Below, one piece after another: positions 27,201-39,223 of a DNA stretch of 60,000 nt. The DNA is from Lytechinus pictus (Eukaryota), in the NCBI RefSeq assembly GCF_037042905.1, contig NC_087250.1, forward strand, positions 16,184,001 to 16,244,000, in the 5' to 3' direction. Positions within the stretch are counted from its first letter, which is position 1. Each line of letters starts with the position of its first letter. Made by a program: the position numbers and the translations under genes. The notes beneath the pieces are model-generated. The model searched no databases. It was not told the origin of the DNA and was given only the letters and a program-made list of their open reading frames with translations.

Positions 27201-30200
27201 AGCTGATTGCCAACAACTCAGCCGCAAAAATGTTTTGAGCATGTTCGAAAATTTTCTGAATGGAAATGAGACCTGCGTGCGAGATACACGCGATATATTG
27301 TCAATGCAGCCGACCTGCGGGTAGCAAAAATAGTTACACGCAAGGCTTGCACGGAACGATGTGATAGGGCCTTCATATTCTATGCAAGTATATAATGTTT
27401 ACAGGGGCGTCGATCCATTTTTCAGATGGGGGGTGTTACACCCACAAATGTAATAATCGCCCACACATGTAATAACGCCCACAAATGTAATAACACTTTA
27501 CCCACAAATGTAATAACGCCCACAAATGTAATAACACTTTACCCACAAATGTAATAATTTTTGATCGCCCACAAATGTAATAATGACTTTACCCACAAAT
27601 GTAATAAATTTGAAGGGATTTTTGGCGAATCCGTTCTGAAATCCTATAGTAATACGCTCATATAGCACAAAAGTGCAAAGTCTTTATTTCCAGACCCGGT
27701 TAATAAAGAAAGTATAATATAATCCAAAGTCTTTTCTTCCAGACCCGGTTGTTTCAATTATTATAATACAAGTTCAAAGTCTTTTTTCCAGACCAAGTTG
27801 TTAAAAAAAATTATAATATAAGTCCAAAGTCTTTTTTTCAGACCTGGTTGTTTAAAAAATTATAATATAAGTTCAGTCTTTTTTTCCAGAGACGGTTGTT
27901 TAAAAAATTATAATATAAGTCCAAAGTCTTTTTCCAGACCCGGTTGTTTAAAAAATTATAATATAAGTTCAAAGTCTTTTTTCCAGACCCGGATGTTAAA
28001 AAAAAGTTATAATATAATATAAGTCAAAAGTCTTTTTTCCAGACCCGGTTATTTCAAAAATTATGATATAAGTCCAAACTAAGATATGATAATGATATTC
28101 CAGTGGAATAAAAATGAGAATCGAGCTTAGTCTTTTTCCAGACCCAGTTAAGTAAAACTGGTGGAATTAGTGTCTTTGTTGTTGTTTTCACTTATACGGC
28201 GCATATTGTGAATATATGCGCTAAGGGTAAATTGAGAATCAAGCATAGTCTTTTCTCCAGACCCGGTAACTAAAACTAAAACCCTATAGTAATGTGTTCG
28301 TATAGCACAAATGTGCAAAGTCTTTTTTCCAGACCCGGTTAATTCAAAAATTATTATAAGTCCAATGTCTTTTTTCCAGACCCGGTTGTTAAAAAAATTA
28401 TACTGTAAGTTCAAAGTCTTTTTTCCAGACCCGGTTGTTTCAAAAATTATAATATAATTTCAAAGTCTTTTTTCCAGATCCGGTTGCTTTAAAAATTATA
28501 ATATAAGTCCAAACTAAAACAACAAAACAAAGACCTATGATGTAGTCTTTTCTCCAGACTCAGTTGTTTCAAAATAGGAAATAATAAGAAACAATAAAAA
28601 AAAAACTATATCAACTAAGACCCCACAATATCAATGATGTAGAATAACGTTGTTATTGTTATCTTGGGTTTTGAGGTGCGTATCATTCAGATATGAACAT
28701 TTACGCCTATGATTAATTTGTCGTTTTTGTGGTATGCTTTATCACAGGGTTTTAATAGTTTAGAAGATGCTGGGGTTAAGTCTTAAGATTAAAGTTTCGC
28801 TTAATTTGTATTTTTTCAGAAAACTGGGTGTGGGGTACAGACAACACTCTAAACCCAAGCATTTTAACTGGGCTTAATTTTGAAATTTGGTCTTATTTTT
28901 TTTTTCTCAATATTTCTTTATTTTTTAAATAACCGGGTCTAGACGAAAGACTATGCATAATACTCGTGTGTTATTCCACAGGAATAAGAATATGACAAAG
29001 TCTTGTGTTTTTAAGACTGTTTGAATTATTTTTTAAATGACTGGGTCTGGAATAAAGACAACGCTCTAAACATGTGCTTTTCTACATGGTCTTAATTTGG
29101 AGGATTGTTGGTTCTTAGATTCGTTGTTGGGGTTGGGTTTTATTGCTTTTTTATTCTTGAAATAACTGTGTCTGGAGGAAAGTCTACAATCGATCTTCAT
29201 GTTATTCCACAGTAATTAGATTATTGGGTATTCATTTTAGAATATTTGTAAAAACTATTTTTTTTTTCAAATAATAACCAAGTCTGGAGAAAGGATGTTT
29301 GCTTTACCCATGCATTATTACAATGTTTTGTAAGGGTCTTAGTATTATAAAAAAAAAACTGGGTGCGGGGTAAATACATATTTTTACACCCAGTTACACC
29401 CAGTAAGGGTGTAACTTTTGAAGATTGGTCTTAGATTTGAACTGTTGAAGTTTTTTTAATTCATTTTTTTTAAATAACCGGGTCTGGTGAAAGGAGTACG
29501 TTTTAAAACTCGTGTTATTCCAGAAGAATAAGAATATGATATAGTCTTACGTTAGAAGATTTTTTTGGTAATTTTGTTGATGATTAGGTCTGGAACAAAG
29601 ACAATGCTCTAAACCTCTTTTTAAAACAGGTTCTTAGGTTGAAGGATTGTTTGGTCTTAGATTTGGAATTTTCTTATTATTACTGTTAGCGTTGTTTTGA
29701 AAAAAAAATGGGTCTGGCTGAAAGACTATGCTATATGTCCATGTTATCCAGCATTAATAGGATTATGGGGTCTTTATACTGTTTTGTTGTTGTTGTATTG
29801 TTATTTATAATTTTCGAATAACAGGGTTTGGAGAAAAGACTGAGCTCGATTTTTATTTTTATTCCACTGGAATATCATTATGGTATCTTAGTTTGGACTT
29901 ATATTACAATTTTTGAAATAACTGGGTCTGGAAAAAAGACTTTGGACTTATGTTGTAATGTTTGAAACAACCGGGTCTGGAAAAAGACTTTGGACTTATA
30001 TTACAATTTTGGAAACAACCGGGTCTTGAAAAAAAACTTAATTTAGACTTATGTCATAAATATTTAATTAACCAGGTCTGGAAAAAAGACTTTACACTTT
30101 TGTGCTATATGAATGCATTACTATAGGATTTCAGTTTAGAACGGATTCGCCAAAAATCCCTTCAAATTTATTACATTTGTGGGTAAAGTCATTATTACAT

Positions 30201-33200
30201 TTGTGGGCGATCAAAAATTATTACATTTGTGGGTAAAGTAATGAGTTAGTCAGTAGTGGGTTAGTCATGACTTCGTAGGAGACGGACGTGTTTCAGCGAG
30301 CTCCTCAAACTCTACAGTTATGTGAGGAATACACCGAACAATCTTCAATGAATTTTTAGACATGAGCCAAGGAAAAAATAGCTACAACCTACGGAAACAA
30401 ACTGATCCAAAGAAATCCGCAAAAATCTCAAAATTTTCGAGCAAAATGGAATCAACTCCCACCCCATCGGTCAAGAGAAAGCCCCCAAAGCTCCCATCTT
30501 TGACGCCAGACCCGCGAAATAACGATCACGTGACGAATGACCCGCCGAATGCTGACCGATCGCCAATCATCGAAGCCATTGGGGAGCTAAAAACCATGTT
30601 CACTGGATTGTCTGTAGAAGTAAACAAAGTGAACGCTAAACTTGATTGTGTGATTGACGAACTTAATGCCATCAAACGTGACCTTTCTTCTACCAAGGAG
30701 TCCGTCTCCGAGCTTAAAGTAAGTGTATCTCTTGCTCATGATAAAATAACTGACATTGAAAATGATGCCATTCCATTACTCAAAAGTGAGATCGACAAAA
30801 ACAAGGAAGACATGGAAACTAAACTGAATTTACTAGAGATACATGATAGAAAACAGAATTTACTGTGCTACGGAATCCCAGAAAGCAAACCTGAAAATAT
30901 CTTTGCTGTCGTTCAAGACATATTTTGTCATTTTCTAAGGGTATCCCGAGAAGAAGCAGCTAAGATTCCTATCTCAAATGCTCATAGGATACCATCGACG
31001 AACCGCCCTAAACAGTTCGGTGGAAACCGCAACGTACCCATGGCCGCTACGCCAGATCCCATCATCATCCGCTTCGTGAGGATACCGGACCGTGATCGCC
31101 TCCTCAACGCTTTCGAACGCCAACCAAGACGACCTCGATCAGATCACACCGATATACAGACGCCGGCGGACACCCCGACCGACGCCCATGCCACACCCCC
31201 TTTTGGATACGCCGCCGCAGCATCCGCCACCACTCCCGAAGACAACCCTGCCTTCTCCCGCGTCACCATTCGCACAGACCTCCCGCCCAACCTGAAGAGG
31301 GAGAGGGGTCGCTTAGCTTCCATAGCCTATAATCTTCGGCGCGAGAAGAATGTTTCGACCAGAATAAGACTTATAGGAGCCAAGCTATTCCTACAAACAC
31401 GAAAGATAAGCAGAAACGGAAACCCCCATCAAACTACATGGAGCAACTGGTCACCCGCAACGTAAATCAGACTGGGGAGTTATCATAGACAGAGTTATCA
31501 CAGCAACCGACCAAAAAAACACCTCCCATCACAAGGTCCACCTATATGCGTAAGTTCTACATACAATGAAATATCATGTTTATTATACAGTTTATCTCCC
31601 CTCCCTAGAAAGTTAAATATATCTTTATTTGAAGCGGTAACCATTTTACCCCAATAACACATTTCTAATGTCCCCAAATCTGTCTTAAAACCGTTTCAAC
31701 CATTACAAGTTTAATAAAATAATTCACGAAAGTAAAATGCATTTGTAAATCGGGCTTTTCTGCCCCCCCCCCCGAACCCATCAATACAGGTTGAATTAGC
31801 GTATTCTATTGTTAACAGAATGTTTTTGCTACTTGTCATCAAAAGGGGAAATGTGTATTAAGTAACATGTAGTGCGTGCTCTGTTCCAAAATATCTTTTT
31901 TTGAAAGAAAAACAATAATTAACAAAAACTGAACAAGAAATGAAACGTCTAAGTGCAGTTTTTATGCCAAAGTTGCTGTAAAATGCAAAGCGTTAATCAT
32001 TTCGTTGACATAGCAATACGTTCGACCATCCATGGGTATTTTCGTTGTTGACAATACTTAAAATAGATCAAATGGTATAAAGCACGAAATATATGTAAAT
32101 ATTCAAGAAGACCGAATAGAAAAAATGTGCATATTCTCAAAAATTGTGACAGATAATATAGCCATTTTGTGTGGATTAAATCGTTTGTGCGTTAGAGTTT
32201 TAACGATGTATTTCCTCAAACAATCTAATTCACCCACCCTTAAAAGGGGAGAAAATCGGTATTTTTCTCGAAAATATTTAAATCAACGATAGAAATACGA
32301 TTGGAAATAAATTTTGTTGACAACCATGTATGACTTATCTTTCGTCAAAGTTTATTTAATAAGCCAACATGCAAGACACGCATTACATGCATGAAACAGG
32401 TCAAGAGCAGAACAGAGAAATATCGTTTTGTTTTTTTGGAAGCATGCTCAATTGACTTACTAGTAATATCTTTTGATTTGATTGAAATCGTTCCTGAATG
32501 ATAATTGAGCGATTTTACTCAATGTTTTAAAACAGACTGAATTGCTCAAAGAACTAATCGGTATTGTTCTTTTACATTACACCAACGTTGTTTTCAATAG
32601 AAAAACGGGTATGCAATTATCTTGACAATCGTGCATGTAATGCTTCCTCCCAAAAGTTTCGTATTTTTCTTATTGTTTCTTTTGCTTTATCGTTGTGAAT
32701 GAAATCGTTCCCAGCAAAAGTTGAACGATCTTTACTCGAAAAGAGTTAAATTGTCCATGACCTAAAAGGGGCAATCGGCATTTTTTTTTTTTTTTTTTTT
32801 TTTCCATTTACTTTTCAAGACAGTGTTGCATTGAAAATAAACACGGCAATCCAAAGATTTGTTAACGATTGTTTGTTTTCCCGCCAACATGCTGTCTGTG
32901 TTGTAACAATATGAATCAGGTCAAGAATTATAGTGTTATGTTTTGTTTTTTGTTTTTATTTTTACAATAAGACTATCAGGGTTACGCATTTATCTTTACA
33001 ACCATGACTGGTAATGCGTGTTATCCCTCTCAAAAAAGGGGGAAATCGGTATTTTCCTGGAAAGTATTTAATTCATCGTTAAGAAATTTATTTTGTTGAC
33101 AACTATGTATTACTCTGAATTCTCGTCAAAGTTTATTTAATAAGCCAACATGCAGGACACGCATTACATGCATGAAACAGGTCAAGAGCAGATCAGAAAA

Positions 33201-36200
33201 ATATCGTGTTTTTTTTTTTTTCTTTTGGAGCATGCTCAATTGACTTACTGGTAATAACTTTTGGTTTGATTGAAATCGTTCCTGAATGACAATTGAGCGA
33301 TTTACTCAATGTTTTAAAACAGACTGAATTGCTCACAGAAGTAATCGGTATTGTTCTTTTACATTACGCCAACGTTGCTTTCAATAGAAAAACGGGTATG
33401 CAATTATCTGGACAATCGTGCATGTAATCCTTCCTCCCAAAAGTTTCGTATTTTTGTTTGTTTCTTTGCTCTATCGTTGTGAATGAAACCGTTCCCAGCT
33501 AGAGTTGAACGATCTTTACCTGCAAAGAGTTAAATTGTTCATTATCAAAAAGAGCCAAACGGTATTTTTTTCCTTTTACTTTTCAAGCAAGTCTTGCATT
33601 GATAATTAACACGGCAATCAAAAGATCTATTAGATCGTTTTCGATTGCTTGTTTTCCCGCCAACCGGCTGTCTGTGTTGTAACAATATGAAGAAGGTCAA
33701 GAATTGTAGTGCTTTCTTACAATAATACTCAATGTTAATGCTTTGAAAAGAAATCAGGGTTGCACATTAATCTGACAACCATGTCTGGTAATGGGTTTTT
33801 TCCCGCCAAAATGTTGTGAATGAAATCGTTCCAGCTATAGAGTTGAACAATCTATACTCGAAAAGAGTTAAGTTGCTCATTACCCTAAAAAGCCCATCGT
33901 TATTTTTCCATACAAATTTCAAGCCAGTGTTGCATTGATAATTAACACGGCAATTCAAAGATCCAACTCGTTAATGATTGTTTTTCCCCGCCAAAATGCT
34001 TTCTGTGTTGTAACAATATGAATAAGGTCAAGAAGTGTTTTTCTTACAATAAGACTCAATGTTAATGCTTTGAAAAGAAATCAGGGTCGCACATTAATCT
34101 GACAACCATGTCTGGTATTGCTTTTTTTTTTTTTCCCGCCAAAATGTTGTGAATGAAATCGTTCCAGCTATAGAGTTGAACAATCTATACTCGAAAAGAG
34201 TTAAGTTGCTCATTACCCTAAAAAGCCCATCGTTATTTTTTCCATACAAATTTCAAGCCAGTGTTGCATTGATAATTAACACGGCAATTCAAAGATCCAA
34301 CTCGTTAATGATTGTTTTTCCCCGCCAAAATGCTTTCTGTGTTGTAACAATATGAATAAGGTCAAGAAGTGTTTTTCTTACAATAAGACTCAATGTTAAT
34401 GCTTTGAAAAGAAATCAGGGTCGCACATTAATCTGACAACCATGTCTGGTATTGCTTTTTTTTTTCCCGCCAAAATGTTGTGAATGAAATCGTTCCAGCT
34501 ATAGAGTTGAACGATCTTTACTCGAAAAGAGTTAAATTGCTCATTACCCTAAAAAGCCCATCGTTATTTTTCCATACAAATTTCAAGCCAGTGTTGCATT
34601 TATAATTAACACGGCAATTCAAAGATCTAACTCGTTAATGATTGTTTTTCCCCGCCAAAATGATTTCTGTGTTGTAACAATATGAATAAGGTCAATGATT
34701 ATAGTGTTTTCTTACAATAAGACTCAAATGTTAATGCTTCGTAAAGAAAAAGGGTTACACATTTATCTTGACAATCATGCATGTCTGGTAATGTGTTTTT
34801 TTCCCGCCAAAGTGTTGTGAATGAAATCGTTCCAGCTATAGAGTTGACATGGTTGAACGATCTTTACTCGAAAAGAATTTAATTGCACATTACCCAAAAG
34901 AGCTAAACGGTATTTTTCCTTTTAAATCTCTTTTGTTCTATTTGATCTCTTCTGTTAATATATATTCTAGGAGCTGAAAAGTAAAACAGTTGATATCAAT
35001 GCTTTGTTAGTTTGCCCCCCCCCCCATGCATATCTTCGCTTTTTCTCTCTGTTTTTGTCCCCCCCCCCCCCGTTTATTCTTACTTTGGTCTCTAAATTTG
35101 ATTTGATTGTCTGGTGTCCCTTCACCCGCACGTAGTGAGTATATATACTTTGACACACCGTATAGTTTCCCCTTGAAAAACAAAACTGGTGTATTCTATC
35201 ATTCTGTAATTTAATCCTTTCTCAACTGCTCGCTGATTGATGCATGGTCACGGCTTTGTCTTATATTCTTTATTTTCTGAGACTCGTTTGAGTTTATTTG
35301 AATTATCTTCTGTTTGTTTGTTGATCTTTTGTTTGTTTGTTTGTTTTTCCCCCTTTCAAGTCATTACTCATTGTATGCTTGTATTTGCTTTATCTACGTT
35401 GTTTATACGTTTAGTCGTACTGACAAGCTTTCTCCCAGCCCCCACAGCTATTATATCCTTTTCCCCTTAGGTGGCCAATGATTACCCTTTATGGCAAATA
35501 ATGTCACCCCTGGTACTGACCTAACTAATGACGATTTCTTGAATGTCTTTCAATCATTAATGCATTCCCACTCTAACGATCGCGACAGTGATTTTGTTAA
35601 TAATATGATCTCTACTCTCAACTCAAATAATTTGGATTTTGTAGCCCCTTTTGATGAAAATGAGCAAGAACAGGTTAACCCTTCCTCTTACTACACTGAA
35701 AATCAACTTGTTTCTCACTTTTCAAATCTAGATAAGACTGTATTTTCAATGTTCCACACTAACATTAGGAGTATGAATAGCAATTTCGAGTGCCTACGTA
35801 ACCTTCTTGACCATAGGCTTAATCTAAATTGTTCTGTGATCGGCTTAACCGAAACTTGGCTTTCAGATACACCACACTCATTATATTCCCTACAAGGTTA
35901 TGACTTAATAGTGAACAATAGACCTAACAGACAGGGAGGTGGCGTTGCGTTATACATTAAAACTGACTTTAATTATACTAAAAAAAATGTCTTAAACCAT
36001 GTCAATGACTCCATAGAAACAATTTTCGTAGAAATTGAATTCGTCGGTAGAAAAAATATTGTAATTGGAATAATATATCGACCTCCTAATTCCAGTCATA
36101 ATGATTTTTTGTTAAATCTCGAAAACATTCTTTCTAATCCAATTTTACGGAGTAAGGATTGCTTTTTAATGGGTGATTTTAATGCTAATCTACTGAAATA

Positions 36201-39163
36201 TGATTCTGATTCCTTTGTTCAGGAGTTCTATGGAACATTCCTTACGTCATCATTTATTCCACTTATATCTAAACCAACTCGTATTTCGGAACACTCCTCC
36301 ACTCTAATAGACAACATATTTACCAATATGCATCCTTTTCCACACGCTGGAGTGGTCATCTCTGATATCACTGATCACTTCCCAATATTTGCAAATTTCC
36401 AAATTTTACAGCAGACTCAACAACCTTCTAAAATATACACACGATTTTTTTCTGAGGGCAATATTAACACATTCAAAGAAAGACTTGATGAACTAGACTG
36501 GGGTAATATTTATAATATGACTGACGTAAATAATTGTTTTAACGATTTTATGGATAAATTGACTAATTTATTTAATGAATGTCTCCCGGTAAGACAATCT
36601 AATCAGCGTAGTAGGAAAAGAAGCCCCAGATCCCCATGGATCACAACTAGCTTACTCAGATGTATAAATAGGAAGAATAATCTTTATCTGAAACATAAAG
36701 CAAAGCCAACTGTGAATAATAAATCAAGATATTTAAATTACAAAAACACACTGACAGGGCTATTACGAAGAGAAAAAAAGAATTATTTTTCTTGCCAGTT
36801 CACGAAATGTAAAAGAGATGCAAGAAATACATGGAAAATTATAAATGAAGTATTGAATAAACATGAAAAGAAAAATGCTGTATCTAAGATAAAAATCGAT
36901 AATAGAATTATTGATAATGTACAAGAAATTTCCGATCACTTTAATAACTTTTTTGTAGAGATTGGCCCAAATTTAGCCAGTAAGATACCAGACAGTAACA
37001 AAAGTTTTCATGAATATTTACCTAATCCTAACCCAAATTCTATGTTTTTTGCCCCGGTGGATGAAAGTGAAATTCTTGATATAGTTAATAATTTACATAG
37101 CAAACGGAGTTGTGGACATGACGGTTTTGATAATGCCATAACGAAAAATATTATTTCTTGTATTATTGAACCTTTTACTTATATTTGTAATTTGTCTTTG
37201 AGAACTGGTGTTTTTCCAAATAGAATGAAATTAGCCAAGATAATACCGATTTTTAAAAAAGGTGATCCTCTTTTAATATCAAACTACAGACCCATATCAT
37301 TATTATCAACTTTTTCAAAAATATTAGAAAAGATAGTTTTTTCACGTACAATTGACTTTTTGAATAATAACGAAATTCTAACTTGTTGTCAGTTTGGTTT
37401 TAGAAAACATCATAATACATCTCATGCTATCTTGTCCCTAATCAACAAAGTAGCTAACTCTTTTGACAAAGGCTCCCATACGATAGGAATGTTTTTAGAT
37501 TTTTCTAAAGCGTTCGACACAATAGATCACCAAATTCTTTTATATAAACTGTCACATTATGGTATTAGAGGTATTGTGTTAGACTGGTTCCGTAATTATT
37601 TACACGAACGCCAACAATATGTTAGCATTGAAAATCATGCGTCACAATTGAGAAATATTAATTGTGGTGTCCCTCAGGGTTCCATACTTGGCCCGCTGCT
37701 TTTCATACTTTATATCAACGACTTTAACAGATCCTCGGACTTATTTTCATTTATTATGTATGCAGATGATACCAATCTTTTTCTTTCACACTCAAACATA
37801 GAAACTCTTTATCAGATAGTCAACTCCGAATTAAACTTTGTGTCAACATGGGTTAAGGCCAACAAATTATCCCTAAATCTAGAGAAAACTAATTTCATGC
37901 TATTTAGCAACACATTTAATGAACTACCTTATCCAATTCTAATAGATAACATACAAATAAAACAGGCAACTACAACAAAATTTTTAGGAACATTCATTGA
38001 TGACAAACTTTCATGGAAATATCACATTAATAATATATGTAAGGTAATATCTAGAAATGTTGGTGTAATAAATAAGCTCAAATGGGTATTCCCCCCTAAC
38101 ATTCTGAAATCTTTATATTCAACATTAGTTTTACCCCACTTGAATTACGGAATACTCGCCTGGGGAAATAGTGCAACATATATGTTAAATAAAGTATTAC
38201 TCTTACAAAAAAAAGCTATGCGGATCATAAATCAGGTTGATTTTAGACATCATACAGACGGTCTTTTCCAATCAAACAATACTCTAAAAATTTACGATAT
38301 TTATCGATTGAATCTTGCGATTCTTATGTATCAGTATAACAACCAAGGGTTACCCTCCATTTTTAACAACATATTTCGAGTAAATAATGAAATTCACCGT
38401 TACCCAACTAGACAAATCAATTTGTATCATCTGCCAAGGACTCGTACAGCATTTACACAAAACACTTTTATATTTACTGCCCCCAAATTTTGGAATTCCC
38501 TTCCCCTAAATACGAGAGAGAGCTTAAGTATAGGTACATTTAAATTTAAGGTTAAAAAATCACTACTTGCCCCCTACTCACAACAAACCTCAATTACTTG
38601 ATAATCATACAGATCCCACCTCCCCCCGACCCCTTTCCCCTACTCGCTCTTTCTTATTTGTCTTTTCCTTATCGTTTTTCTTGTCCCCCGTCCATTGTTC
38701 TGTTTGTTTTGTTTTGTTTTGTTTGTTTGTTTTTTGTTATATCATCCATGACCATGACCATGCATTTATCTTCCATATGTTCAGCGATTTTCCTACTATT
38801 TATGTTCCCTTATTTCGAATGATCATTTACCAAGTTTACATTATATTACGTTATTTACATTATTTACGAATTCGAGAGATCAGCGTCCAACAAGCCTAGC
38901 TTCTCAGCTGGTCTCTCTTTTCATTTCACCCCTTTCTTTTTTTTTTAACATACACAAGAATACCCAAGCTTTTAAGAATGTTAAGTTTTATAAAATGAGG
39001 ATATATAAGTATCGTATTTTGTTCGTATAATTACCAAATCTTTGCAAATGTATAAGGTCGTTACTTATGTTCATTTTTGTAATTGTATTTATGTATTTGT
39101 ATTTATGTATTTTTGACTTGTATGTGAAAAATGGAAAGAAAAGAAATGAAATAAATCAATAAA

Positions 39164-39223
<60 letters not shown>

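Larger units (their letters stand above)
30240..39218 (+). mobile_element. Full-length non-LTR retrotransposon (LINE, CR1/L2/Crack group), apparently intact
   Basis: ORF1 plus APE-RT ORF2, AATAAA at ~39150 and ~39158, ~55-nt poly(A). Short TSD AAAGT (30235-30239 / 39219-39223) interrupts the host repeat gggtaaagt|gttattac. Confidence 0.93.

Noticed and set aside
27434..28560. Regularly spaced short repeats resembling a CRISPR array
   Set aside because: No unique spacers, repeats are mirrored on the opposite arm, eukaryotic context and no cas genes; these are foldback transposon arms.
31462..35491. Spliced in-frame ORF1-ORF2 fusion using the GT at the ORF1 stop
   Set aside because: Joining 31461 to 35471 puts ORF2 out of frame, and the donor is weak.
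35491..38601. Reverse transcriptase as a bacterial retron/DGR/group II system or domesticated host gene
   Set aside because: APE-RT layout, ORF1, poly(A) and TSD identify an ordinary LINE-type ORF2.
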